Shown piece by piece: positions 1 to 9,504 of a DNA stretch of 64,000 nt. The notes below the pieces were generated by a model. It was not told the DNA's origin, did not search any database, and was given only the letters and a program-made list of their open reading frames with translations. A program made the translations under genes and the position numbers. Every line of letters starts with the position of its first letter. The stretch's first letter is position 1. The stretch is from Thermoproteota archaeon (GTDB lineage Archaea > Thermoproteota > Thermoprotei_A > Sulfolobales > Ignisphaeraceae), in contig JAUQPB010000002.1 of assembly GCA_030550585.1 (NCBI GenBank), positions 325,184 through 389,183 on the forward strand. Direction: 5' to 3'.

Positions 1-1
1 T

Positions 2-757
2 TCTCTATCTATAGATTGTGGGGACTTCGTTGTTGTCTCTGGTCCTAGTGGTGGAGGTAAATCAACATTGTTGAAGGTTTTGCTTGGTATTAGAGATGCT
101 TTAGAAAATCTGCGTGTGGCAGGCGATGTCAGGGTTTTGGGTGTGGATGTTCTGAAGTATGGTTTTACTAAGCTTTTTGGAAGGGTTGGTGTTGTTCTTC
201 AAAATCCTGTTAACCAAGTCTTTTCGCTGACAGTTGAAGAGGAGGTGGCGTTTCCTTTAGAGAACGCTGGTTTGGATGTTAGCGAAATTCGTAGAAGAGT
301 TGACGAGGCTCTGAAGGTTATGGAGCTGGATAGTCTGAGGAATAGATTTGTTAACACGCTTTCGATGGGGCAGATCCAGAGGGTTGTACTAGCATCTGCA
401 ATAGCGTTGAGACCAGAGCTACTTATCCTCGATGAGCCATGTTCGTATCTTGACCCTGTGGCGAAGAAGAGGTTCTATGAGTATGTCTACAGCTATTGGA
501 GAGATAGGAAGGCGACTATAGTTGTTGTCGAGCACGATCTCGACTATGTGCTGGGCTTTGCAACAAAGCTTCTAATACTCAATAGAAAAGTAGTTGCCTA
601 TGGATCTCCTCTAAAGGTTTTGAGTGAGATGAATATAGGGGATTATGGAGTTAAAGAGCCTATCTACATCAAAATATCTAAACAGTTCAACAAAGTTGCC
701 AGAAATGTTGAGGAGTCTATCGAATACCTAAAGAGCGTTATATGCAGAAACGAATAG
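2..757 (+). CDS. ECF transporter ATPase (A component), 5'-truncated by window edge
   Basis: Frame is open from base 2: Walker A GPSGGGKST at ~41-67, Q-loop LQNP, signature LSMGQ, Walker B ILDEP, EHD H-loop. Confidence 0.9.
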   Translation, partial: SLSIDCGDFVVVSGPSGGGKSTLLKVLLGIRDALENLRVAGDVRVLGVDVLKYGFTKLFGRVGVVLQNPVNQVFSLTVEEEVAFPLENAGLDVSEIRRRVDEALKVMELDSLRNRFVNTLSMGQIQRVVLASAIALRPELLILDEPCSYLDPVAKKRFYEYVYSYWRDRKATIVVVEHDLDYVLGFATKLLILNRKVVAYGSPLKVLSEMNIGDYGVKEPIYIKISKQFNKVARNVEESIEYLKSVICRNE

Positions 758-1511
758 CTATAGCCAATCCAGCAAGACACAAAAGCACAGCAATTGCATC
801 TCTAAATCCAAAGACCTCCGAATACAAATAGCTTCTCTTGCTATTTAAACCAAAACCTTTTACCTCAAGCGCTATAGTAACCTCATCAACTCTATTCAAT
901 GCCGATATTATCAGCGGGACAAAAACTGCGAAAGAGCTTCTAAGTCTACTAAGAAAGTTTCTTCTGATGAAAAGCCCTCTCGTCTTCTGAATATGCAGTA
1001 TCTCAATCAGGTCGCTGGCTATCACCGATAGAAATCGAAGGGCTATAACAAATCCATGGCCATACTTGTATGGAATTCCAATACTGTTTAGAATACGTGC
1101 AATGGACTGGGGTTTCGTTGTTATGAAGAATATGTAGAAAGCTAGGGACATTATCAGTAGTCTGACTATGGCCGTAGCTACAGAGGCAGACAATCCTATT
1201 AGCGATGTCGTTGACGGGGATCTAAATATCGAGTAGATGTATGAGAATAGAATCATCGGCGATATGAAAATCATTAGGGAGGTGATTAGAGAGGCAACCC
1301 TCTTTACGCTAATCGATAATAATGCCATTGAAAGAAAGGTTGCTAGTGTAAGTAGCAACACAACTAGTTTGTTGCATAGAAAGGCTATGGCTATACCTGC
1401 AAACATCAGAACTGCTTTTGTCAAGGGGTGGAGCTTGCCCAGAAAGCTCTTTTCCGAATAGAACAGAAAAATTTGGGACAAATTCCTCAGGTAGATGCTT
1501 GTTAACGACAT
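738..1511 (-). CDS. ecfT: ECF transporter transmembrane T component
   Basis: LHPLTK N-terminal motif, several TM helices, ALRF...QKTRG and ALEVKGF (XRX-like) motifs. Confidence 0.9.
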   Translation of the reverse strand: MSLTSIYLRNLSQIFLFYSEKSFLGKLHPLTKAVLMFAGIAIAFLCNKLVVLLLTLATFLSMALLSISVKRVASLITSLMIFISPMILFSYIYSIFRSPSTTSLIGLSASVATAIVRLLIMSLAFYIFFITTKPQSIARILNSIGIPYKYGHGFVIALRFLSVIASDLIEILHIQKTRGLFIRRNFLSRLRSSFAVFVPLIISALNRVDEVTIALEVKGFGLNSKRSYLYSEVFGFRDAIAVLLCLAGLAIAIRFCI

Positions 1512-2371
1512 AGAGTTTTCCTCAACCTGTCCAATTCGAGTAGCAGGTCATCCAAATCTGTGGCCCTGTCCCAGCGAATCCCTAGTCGTTGAGCAAGCTC
1601 CACCTCTGTTGGCATCACCAAATTGTTTTTAGTGAAAATACTTGGATTGTCTAAGACATCTTCTATAGAACCTCTAAAAACGATCCTGCCCTCGTTAAGG
1701 ATTAGCAGTTTAGCCTTTGGCAACATGGTGATTATATCGGTGTCGTGGGTCGCAATAACAATTGCTGTTTCCAGCAAATTATTTATCTTATTGATTATAT
1801 CTATAAATCTCTTCTTAAGGCCATAGTCGAGACCTGCTGTTGGTTCGTCCAATAAAAGGAGGGGAGGTTTGTGGATAAGAGCTGAGGCTAAGACAACCCT
1901 TCTTGCTTCTCCCTCACTCAAGCTAAATGGTGATCTATCTAGCAAGTCGATGATGTCCAGCTTTGTTGCTATATCCAAAACATTTTTAGTTATCGTGCTA
2001 TTGTCTATACCTAGGTTCCTAGCAACAAAGCTTATCTCGTCAAAAACTTTCGAGTTGAACATGTAGAGCCATGGGTTTTGATGCACATACCCAACAAGCC
2101 TCGCCAGATCTGCATCAGATAAACTGGTGATATCCCTGCCACATAGAGATGCATAGCCTCTAACAGGTTTTAGTATCCCCGCCAACACCTTCAAAAAAGT
2201 TGATTTGCCCGAGCCGTTAGGGCCTAGAACCAAGACAAGCTCTCTCTTTCGAATCTGCAGAGATATACCCTTCAAAACATATTCTTCTCCATATCTAAAC
2301 CATAGATCGTCAACGCGAGCCACAGGATCGCAACTATCTTCAGAGCTCCTCGACTTGAACAGGGCTAACAC
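1502..2371 (-). CDS. ECF transporter ATPase (A' component)
   Basis: GPNGSGKST, HQNP, LSEGE, LLDEPT, THD; start placed at GTG 2371 downstream of GGTGG (ORF track extends to 2449). Confidence 0.9.
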   Translation of the reverse strand: MLALFKSRSSEDSCDPVARVDDLWFRYGEEYVLKGISLQIRKRELVLVLGPNGSGKSTFLKVLAGILKPVRGYASLCGRDITSLSDADLARLVGYVHQNPWLYMFNSKVFDEISFVARNLGIDNSTITKNVLDIATKLDIIDLLDRSPFSLSEGEARRVVLASALIHKPPLLLLDEPTAGLDYGLKKRFIDIINKINNLLETAIVIATHDTDIITMLPKAKLLILNEGRIVFRGSIEDVLDNPSIFTKNNLVMPTEVELAQRLGIRWDRATDLDDLLLELDRLRKTLCR

Positions 2372-3275
2372 CCGGTCTCCACCTATATACCCACACTGGA
2401 TCGGTTTTCTCGATAATTTCGAGGGCCTTGTCTGCAGCTCGATAATCAACTATTGTAAATAGGGCCTCCCCCACCATGTTCATAGAGGCGCCTATAACGC
2501 CATCAACATCTTGCAGAAGTTCTATAACCTGTCTGATTTTTGGTGTTAGAAACCCTGCTTCTACTGCGAATTGGTAGCAGTTTCTAATGAAGTTCTCTGG
2601 GGTTGGACTAGCCTCTATCCTTCTCAGAGTCTCTAAGCCAATTGCCCTAACCTTTTCTAGGTGATCAGAACTGGAAAGGATAGAGTTCTTGGGTATGGGT
2701 CTATAGAAAGCTGTTAAAGCGATTAGATTTGGTTCCATAGGTATGCACCTAACCTCTGCTATTCTAGGGCCACCAGGCTTAGAGACTAGAACAATTCCGT
2801 TGCAAGGCTTTAGAACCCCCACCACCGTTCCCAAACCAGACTTGCATATTATATCCGCCTCATGCGCTATCTCCGCAACATCGTCGAAGTCTATTGGCAT
2901 ATCCAATGCTTTGGCAAGTGCAAAGGCTATGGCAACAGCTGATCCACCGCTAGAACCGTATCCACCTCCTATTGGCACAGATATTCTCTGGTCTATGTAA
3001 ACCCTACCACCCCTTCTCCCGGCCATTGCAAAAATCCTTTCAGCTATGTATCTAGCTAGGCAACCATCTATGTAAGAGCCGTTGACCCTATTTACAACCA
3101 CAAGCCCATCACTATGGCTTAGATCCACAGACACCTCGGCAACTATTGCATTTGCTATTCCCAGCCCACCTCCGACAGCCCCTGTTTCTCTAAGATCAGA
3201 GGCTATATGTGGTGCAAAGAACCCTGATATACCTGCTGAAGCAGTTGACCTTACCCTCCTCATTAACACCCTCAC
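2340..3275 (-). CDS. Pantoate kinase (GHMP kinase family)
   Basis: AGISGFF N-terminus, PIGGGYGSSGG GHMP loop, AHEAD..SGLGTV and SMNMVGEALF motifs typical of archaeal PoK. Confidence 0.85.
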   Translation of the reverse strand: MRVLMRRVRSTASAGISGFFAPHIASDLRETGAVGGGLGIANAIVAEVSVDLSHSDGLVVVNRVNGSYIDGCLARYIAERIFAMAGRRGGRVYIDQRISVPIGGGYGSSGGSAVAIAFALAKALDMPIDFDDVAEIAHEADIICKSGLGTVVGVLKPCNGIVLVSKPGGPRIAEVRCIPMEPNLIALTAFYRPIPKNSILSSSDHLEKVRAIGLETLRRIEASPTPENFIRNCYQFAVEAGFLTPKIRQVIELLQDVDGVIGASMNMVGEALFTIVDYRAADKALEIIEKTDPVWVYRWRPGVSPVQVEEL

Positions 3276-4021
3276 CTATACCTCTTCAGCCACATCTCAA
3301 CAGCTCTTGCAATTGGTGGGGTAAGGTATATCATGAAGGGTATCTCTGTGTAGTAGGTCCATAGAAACCATATTAGGGCGGCTGCAAACGGAGCCTTGGT
3401 CTGGAACTCTGGAGGAACGCCCACAATATTAAGACTAGCTGCATAGGTGTAAGCCCATAGGCCAAAGCCTATGTAGAGAGAGCCTATCATCAATCCAAGG
3501 CTATAAGCTAGCGCCTCATTCGGGTATATATAGCCTCTCCTTCTAAACATGAGCATTACCATGGATATGGCTACACCAGCTCCTGAGACAATGGCAACCG
3601 ATATGAATACCAGGGCTGTTGTGAAATCGATGAATTTAATGGTGTATAGGTAGTAGAGAGCTGCTACAGGTATGAATTGGAGGATTATAGCTAGAATGCC
3701 CAAAGCTTTAGAATCCCTCCTAGCCTTCTTCGCAACAAGACCTAGAATGTAAAAGCCTAGAAAATTTGCTGGAACACCCACAGATAAGCTAACTAGCGCA
3801 TTTCCATGGACAACCATATCGCTTATAAAAATCCCTATAGCAGCCCCCAAACCGCCTACAACAGGGCCAAAAACTTCTGAAAAAACAGCAGGCACAAAAA
3901 CAGAAGGCCAAAACCTAACACCGCCAACAACTATAGCAAAAATGCCAAAAGTTGTTGCTATGCCAACTAAAGCATATAGAGCGGCATTAACTATTGCTAT
4001 CACAAAGTCTCTGACCTTCAT
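3272..4021 (-). CDS. ECF transporter substrate-specific S component
   Basis: About 7 TM helices; AALYA, VRFWP, FGPVVGGLGAAIG..ISD motifs; first gene of the operon with A and T components. Confidence 0.8.
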   Translation of the reverse strand: MKVRDFVIAIVNAALYALVGIATTFGIFAIVVGGVRFWPSVFVPAVFSEVFGPVVGGLGAAIGIFISDMVVHGNALVSLSVGVPANFLGFYILGLVAKKARRDSKALGILAIILQFIPVAALYYLYTIKFIDFTTALVFISVAIVSGAGVAISMVMLMFRRRGYIYPNEALAYSLGLMIGSLYIGFGLWAYTYAASLNIVGVPPEFQTKAPFAAALIWFLWTYYTEIPFMIYLTPPIARAVEMWLKRYR

Positions 4022-4225
4022 ATAAGCAACACTCACCTCTATGTGATACACCTTAAGAAGAATGCAGTTTAAATATTTAAACTCTTTTCTTAAATAAGTT
4101 TAAATAGTTTAAATAAACAAAAAGCGCTCTGTCTAAATAATCCAACTTGTGTGTCGCAGTTCCTCAACTAATGTTGTCGTTGTTTAATGAAAGTTTATTT
4201 CTTGTCTCTACATCTATCTCTTTTT

Positions 4226-4277
4226 GTGATGAGCCGTGGCACATCTGATTTGTGATGTGTTTGTCGCAGCCGTCTGA
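4226..4277 (+). ncRNA. C/D box sRNA (2'-O-methylation guide)
   Basis: C GTGATGA 4226-32, 12-nt guide, D' CTGA 4245-48, C' GTGATGT 4252-58, guide, D CTGA 4274-77; intergenic. Confidence 0.85.
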
Positions 4278-4278
4278 C

Positions 4279-5859
4279 CTACTGTTTTCTCCAGACAGGC
4301 TTTCCTCCAATGTATGTGGCTAGGACCTTTATGTTCTTCAACTCTCTCTCATCTGTTTTCAGAGGGTCTCTGTCAACGATTATGAAATCTGCTAGCTTTC
4401 CCGGCTCTAGAGTACCCAGATCCTCTTCTTCGAGTAGTATATATGCAGAGCCGTATGTGTAGTGGTGGAGGGCCTCTTCTACTGTTAGGCTCTGGCTCTC
4501 TGTATACCTATAGTGTTTAACGTTCTCGTATTTCCCCCTTGTAACTGCAGCGTATATTGTCTGCCACGGGTTTGCGGGCTCAACTGGGCTGTCCGTCCCA
4601 ATGCCTACAGGAATTCCTTTTTCAATCATTGTCTTGAATGGGTATAGCCACTTTATCCTCTCCTCACCCAACCTCTGCAAAGCCCACCAATCAGATATGA
4701 CAAAGTTTGGCTGAACAGACGCTGCAACCCCAAGCCTAGCCATTCTATCTATTTGATCTTCTCTAAGAACCGATGCATGCTCAATTCTATGTCTATACAT
4801 CCTCGCATTCGGAAGCTCCTGGTATATATCTAAGATTACATCTATTGCCCTGTCGCCAATGCCGTGAATGGCCAGCTGAAGACCAGACTCATGGATTTTT
4901 CTGGCAGCTGCTCTAAGATCTCTTGGATCTGTTGCTGGATAGCCGCTGGTTGAGGGGTCGTCTGAATAGGGTTTTGATAGCCATGCTGTTCTAGCACCTA
5001 GACTGCCATCTGCATAGAGCTTGACCCCAACTATTTTCAGGTACTCGTCTCCAAAACCACTCCTAAGCCCCACATCCCTTGCGACGTCTATGAAACTCCA
5101 AGACTTTCTAAAGTCTAGATAAACTCTAACCCTTATAGGCAGCTGCTTCTCCTTCCAAAGCTCTGTCAAAGCCTTTAAAACCTTTGGATCGCATCCAACG
5201 AAGCCAGCTGTTGTAACGCCTTGCGAGGCTAGGTGGTTTAAGGCTCTTAGAAGAATCTTTTTATAGTCTTCAACAGATATGGAATCCTCAATCTTCTCCC
5301 TAACAGTGTTGAGGGCATCCTCTCTAACAATACCTGTTGGAACACCCCTATCATCTCTAACAACATTGGGAGACTCAATCGTTGAAACGCTTGCGAGTTC
5401 CAAACCCCTTGAGTTGAGGACAGCAACATGCATGCAGATCCTGTAGAGTATAACCGGCCTATTGCTAACAACCTCGTCGAGATCCCATCTAGTTGGCCAC
5501 CTCCTCTCCTCGAAAAGCTCTTGATCCCATCCAAATCCAATAATCCATAGAGTGTCAACAGATTTTGAAAACTCTTTCAGCCTCTCCTTAAGCTCTCTAA
5601 TACTTTTAACGCCACGGAGATCGAGCATGCCAAGCTGAAGACCAAGCTCATCCAAGTGGATGTGAGAATCTATGAAGCCAGGCAGGACAGTTGCACCATT
5701 CAAATCGACAACATCTCCGCCAAGCAAACCAGCCACGCTTTTCGCAATGTCATTGCTACCGGCGTAGAGTATCCTACCCCACCCAACAACGATGGCCTCA
5801 ACCCTCTTAACGGGCTTGAAAGACAGGTAGATATTTCCATTGACAAATGCTGTAACCAG
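4279..5859 (-). CDS. Amidohydrolase 3 family (YtcJ-like) metal-dependent hydrolase
   Basis: PGFIDSHIH, KLYADGSLGARTA, IHGIGD, RIEHAS, GTDSP. Frame is open to a CTG at 5859, 6 nt after GGTGA, which restores the AFVNGNIY N-terminal strand. Confidence 0.9.
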   Translation of the reverse strand: MVTAFVNGNIYLSFKPVKRVEAIVVGWGRILYAGSNDIAKSVAGLLGGDVVDLNGATVLPGFIDSHIHLDELGLQLGMLDLRGVKSIRELKERLKEFSKSVDTLWIIGFGWDQELFEERRWPTRWDLDEVVSNRPVILYRICMHVAVLNSRGLELASVSTIESPNVVRDDRGVPTGIVREDALNTVREKIEDSISVEDYKKILLRALNHLASQGVTTAGFVGCDPKVLKALTELWKEKQLPIRVRVYLDFRKSWSFIDVARDVGLRSGFGDEYLKIVGVKLYADGSLGARTAWLSKPYSDDPSTSGYPATDPRDLRAAARKIHESGLQLAIHGIGDRAIDVILDIYQELPNARMYRHRIEHASVLREDQIDRMARLGVAASVQPNFVISDWWALQRLGEERIKWLYPFKTMIEKGIPVGIGTDSPVEPANPWQTIYAAVTRGKYENVKHYRYTESQSLTVEEALHHYTYGSAYILLEEEDLGTLEPGKLADFIIVDRDPLKTDERELKNIKVLATYIGGKPVWRKQ

Positions 5860-6029
5860 ATATCATCACCAAAGAAAAATATGTTGAGGAAACATTAAAA
5901 ACTTGTGCTACGCAAAGACCGCATCTCTAAACTTATTTAAATTTTAACTTCTTTGAACTTATATAGCGGCAATGCTTTAATTGACTCGCGTTTTATCTGT
6001 GCTGTAATGCGCTTGTGCTGGTGAATCCC

Positions 6030-6803
6030 ATGGTTATCTACCCTGTTAAGCATGTTTCGTGGAGCGAAGTTGCTGAATGGAGTTTGAGACTTGCAAGGAT
6101 TGTTGATGGTAGTGGGTTTAAGCCAGATGTTGTAGTCGCTGTTGGTAGAGGTGGTCTAGCAGTCTCTAGGATTCTAGCTGACGTTCTAGACGTTGACAAA
6201 ATCCTTTATTTGCCTATTAGATGGAGAGAAAAGTCTAGAAGACCTGGCGAAAACTATTTAGCTGAGCTAATAAGGTGCTTTGCAAAGGGCTCTGGCATAG
6301 AGCTTTGTATAGCCGATGTTGTTAAGGGCCTCAGCATAGAAACAGCATTCAACTTTGAAATTGATTTGAATGGGTCTAAAGCACTCGCAGTTGAAGAGAT
6401 ATCTGCCACAGGCCTGCACCTCGCAAAAGCTAGGGAGATTCTGATCAAAAAATGGAGAGCAGGAGATGTTAAGACAGCAACCCTAGTCTGGAAAACATCT
6501 ACATCGCAGCTAAAGCCCGACTATGTATTCATCGAGACTAGAAGCTTTGTGTGGTTCCAATTCCCATGGTCAAGAGCATCAGACTACAAACAGTTTGCTA
6601 AAGTCGCCATGGAGGAGGAGTGCAGAAGAGGAGGCAAATGCTCATGGAGCATAGAAGAAATTGGAGAACTCTTCAAAAAATGGTATGGATTCGACCCAGA
6701 CAAAAAATACTTAGAGATAGCTCTTGAGAAACTCACAAAAGAGGAGATACTAAATAGGGTAAATAAACAGAATGTAATAGTCTATGAGATAAGAATTCAG
6801 TAG
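6030..6803 (+). CDS. Type I phosphoribosyltransferase (purine PRT-like) with C-terminal extension
   Basis: PDVVVAVGRGG, variant PRPP motif AVEEISATG, KPDY, W.QFPW; ATG 6030 follows GGTGA. Confidence 0.75.
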   Translation: MVIYPVKHVSWSEVAEWSLRLARIVDGSGFKPDVVVAVGRGGLAVSRILADVLDVDKILYLPIRWREKSRRPGENYLAELIRCFAKGSGIELCIADVVKGLSIETAFNFEIDLNGSKALAVEEISATGLHLAKAREILIKKWRAGDVKTATLVWKTSTSQLKPDYVFIETRSFVWFQFPWSRASDYKQFAKVAMEEECRRGGKCSWSIEEIGELFKKWYGFDPDKKYLEIALEKLTKEEILNRVNKQNVIVYEIRIQ

Positions 6804-6870
6804 AAACTAAAGAGCAACGCTTATAACGCTTTTTAAAACACTAGAAAATTGGTGGGAGGATAAAAAGGTT

Positions 6871-7662
6871 ATGGAGAATAGAAGTACTAAGCAAGAGCTT
6901 CTCAAGCTTTTGAAGGAGGATGAGGAGTTTAGGTATGCTATAGCCGGCCTCCTAGGCTTTGGGGAGGTTTTGAAGAGGCTTGATAGGCATGAGGAGGAGT
7001 TGAAGAAGCTTAGAGAAGACTTCTTAATGTTTGTCAAAGAGCAGGAGAAGAGATGGGAGGAGAATAACAGGAGGTGGGAGGAGGCTTACAAGAGGTTCGA
7101 AGCTATTGAGAATGAGTTGAGGGCTCTTAGAGAGGATTTCAATAGGTTTGTTGAGTTGGAGGAGAGGAGGTGGGAGGAAACGTATAAGAGGTTCGAGGCT
7201 ATTGAGAAGACTTTACAGTTTCACGGGGAGAAGATTGCAGAGCTTGCTAAAATTGTTGGAGAGCTTAAGGTTGCTTTGGGATCTATTGGTAGGAGGCTGG
7301 GGAGAGACCTAGAGAAGACAATTCTATCCCTATACAAAGACGCCATCGAAAGATTTGGCATAGATGTTGAGAAAATTGAGAAGATCTCTTTCAGAGACTA
7401 CGATGGTAAGTACCTTCAGAAGGGGGCTAAACTAGAAATAGACATTTACATAAGTGATAAGGCAACGTATTTCATAGAGGTGAAGAGCTTTGCAGATGAA
7501 GATGATGTCGAATGGTTTAACACAAAATGCAGTATTTTCGCTAAGGAGAAAAACATTGAGAACTATAAAAAGCTTTTGATAGCTGTGAACATGCTACGTG
7601 AAGCTTTGGAGAGAGCCAAAGAACTTGGTATAGAAGTTGTCTACGGATCTATCATAGAATAG
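6871..7662 (+). CDS. Coiled-coil protein with C-terminal PD-(D/E)XK nuclease-like domain (DUF3782-like)
   Basis: LLKEDEEFRYA head, heptad repeats RWEE/KRFEAIE, LEIDI..YFIEVKS, AKELGIEV tail. Confidence 0.8.
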   Translation: MENRSTKQELLKLLKEDEEFRYAIAGLLGFGEVLKRLDRHEEELKKLREDFLMFVKEQEKRWEENNRRWEEAYKRFEAIENELRALREDFNRFVELEERRWEETYKRFEAIEKTLQFHGEKIAELAKIVGELKVALGSIGRRLGRDLEKTILSLYKDAIERFGIDVEKIEKISFRDYDGKYLQKGAKLEIDIYISDKATYFIEVKSFADEDDVEWFNTKCSIFAKEKNIENYKKLLIAVNMLREALERAKELGIEVVYGSIIE

Positions 7663-7733
7663 CTAAAATCTATAGAAAGGCTGTAAAGAGGCCATCAATG
7701 GATATGTAGACAAATTTGTTTGGTGCAATACTA

Positions 7734-9149
7734 TTGGGTGAGGAATGCGCTGCAATAACTTTTTATAGCGACCCAGTTGAATCTTTTCTAACCTCAGTCT
7801 TTAGATTATATGAGGTCTTTGGATGCGGTCAAATAATAGTCTTTTCTTCTAAAACTAGAGAAGCCGAGGCTTCAAATGCTGTAAACCTATTGAGGAATTA
7901 TGTGAAGAATACTGAATTTAGTTTATATCCCATATTCCCAGACCCAAGCGACCTGAATTCATTTGATGGTCTTTCGCAAACTGTCTACAATGTTTTGAGA
8001 GGCATCTCAAAAGATAGTAGAATTGTTATGGCTACCTACACGGGCTCTAGACTAGAGGTCTCAGCAACTATCTTAGCAGCTTCTAGGCAAAGAGAAAGTG
8101 TTTCCCTCATCTACACACCATTTTTCTTCGGCCCTTGGAACAACCTTTTTTATCCCTTTACACCAAAGCCTTTGGAACCAATAGCAATTCTACATCCAAG
8201 TGCAGATGATGTGAGATCTATTGTAAAACCTAGTCAAATTCTCATTGAGAAGCAAGATCTGGAGAAGCTTCTCGACAACTTTGTAAAACCTCCATTATCT
8301 CGACTTAGAAGAGGCGTTGCATATACTCAATACAAAATCAATGCTGAGTATGCAACGTCTTCAATTATATATCCATTGGATTTTAGATGTAGAGGACTCA
8401 GAATCACAATTACAGTTAACAAAATTCCTAAGATAGTTGCTGAAGCAAGAGACTATTGCAACTATGATGAGGTTATAGAGCTTGTGCACAGTCTTGGCTC
8501 TCAAATCAAAAAATTCAATACCATTGAAAGTGAGGCAGGTAGAGCAATAGAATTGATAGCGAAGTTCTCTGGACTCATCCCACTAGCTGTTGAGGAGTGC
8601 ACATATGACTGTGAGAAATACAAAGATGTTATTTTGACAGATTTTCTATCTGAGATAGGGGCAGAGGCTCTTATGGATACAAACATATTCTACACATCAC
8701 TTCACATGTTATTACATGAATCAAAAATTAATGTCAAAACACCTTTATGTGCCTATGTAGAGCTTTTGGGGCATGTCGCACATTATAAGAACCCATATGA
8801 GGAATTGAGATCAGCCATAGCCAGCCTTATCCTAGATGAGATTAGGACACTAGGACTTCAAATCGATGAGAATTCTAGTCAGCGGCCATGTGAAATCGGA
8901 ATAGCGTTGGCAAAGGGCTTCGCTGTAACATCTGACAAAAAGGCATTTGATGATATATTCAAGTTTTTGAACATTAAAGCTGTTTTCACGGTGCCTAAGC
9001 CTATAAAGGAGGTAAAGTTGCTTAGGAGAGAAAATATGAGAAGAATAGCATATGCATATTATGCCATTGCGCAGTTCAAAACAGTTGTTGAAATGCCTGA
9101 AATTGCAAAAGCGCTAAGTAAGTTAGGTATTGAAGTGAGGTTTGAATAG
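7734..9149 (+). CDS. Putative CARF-like Rossmann domain fused to a C-terminal PIN RNase domain
   Basis: N-terminal AITFYSDP and IVMATYTGSRLEVSATILAA resemble CARF strands and helix; C-terminal LMDTN, AYVEL, PCE, VTSDK match the PIN acidic pattern. Confidence 0.55.
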   Translation: MGEECAAITFYSDPVESFLTSVFRLYEVFGCGQIIVFSSKTREAEASNAVNLLRNYVKNTEFSLYPIFPDPSDLNSFDGLSQTVYNVLRGISKDSRIVMATYTGSRLEVSATILAASRQRESVSLIYTPFFFGPWNNLFYPFTPKPLEPIAILHPSADDVRSIVKPSQILIEKQDLEKLLDNFVKPPLSRLRRGVAYTQYKINAEYATSSIIYPLDFRCRGLRITITVNKIPKIVAEARDYCNYDEVIELVHSLGSQIKKFNTIESEAGRAIELIAKFSGLIPLAVEECTYDCEKYKDVILTDFLSEIGAEALMDTNIFYTSLHMLLHESKINVKTPLCAYVELLGHVAHYKNPYEELRSAIASLILDEIRTLGLQIDENSSQRPCEIGIALAKGFAVTSDKKAFDDIFKFLNIKAVFTVPKPIKEVKLLRRENMRRIAYAYYAIAQFKTVVEMPEIAKALSKLGIEVRFE

Positions 9150-9504
9150 ATCGGTTACAAACCTCATTAATTTATAATCAAAGATTAATTAACGTCATCT
9201 CAAAATGCAATTGTTGAAAGCTTGAAAGAAACGGGCTCTAATCCAGTCGATAAGTATCCACAGTTTGTGAGACTAGAAAATGATAAAGGTTTTTGTACGT
9301 AATATTGGTAGCTGAAGAGATTTGAAGGTGATGATGAAGAGGAAGTGTGCTGTTAAATCGTTGAAAGGGCCACCACCTCTTAGAATAGCAGGGTCTGGGC
9401 CGTAGGCAAAGGGCTTGCGTTTTTCTGTCACATGCTTTAGCCTGTCTTTGTGTAGGGATAACAGTTTTTAGGTTGTGGTAGCAAAGTAGTTTTTGTGATG
9501 TGTT

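Noticed and set aside
4068-4116. Palindrome TTTAAATATTTAAA and repeated GTTTAAATA upstream of the ECF operon
   Set aside because: Pure A/T sequence overlapping TATA-like elements; cannot be told apart from promoter background
6807-7037. Similar minus-strand ORFs at 6807-7037 and 63560-63802
   Set aside because: Their similarity simply mirrors the duplicated plus-strand coiled-coil genes
9328-9385. Possible C/D sRNA starting GTGATGA
   Set aside because: No properly spaced CTGA D/D' boxes (only CTGT); the same applies to ATGATGA near 40469
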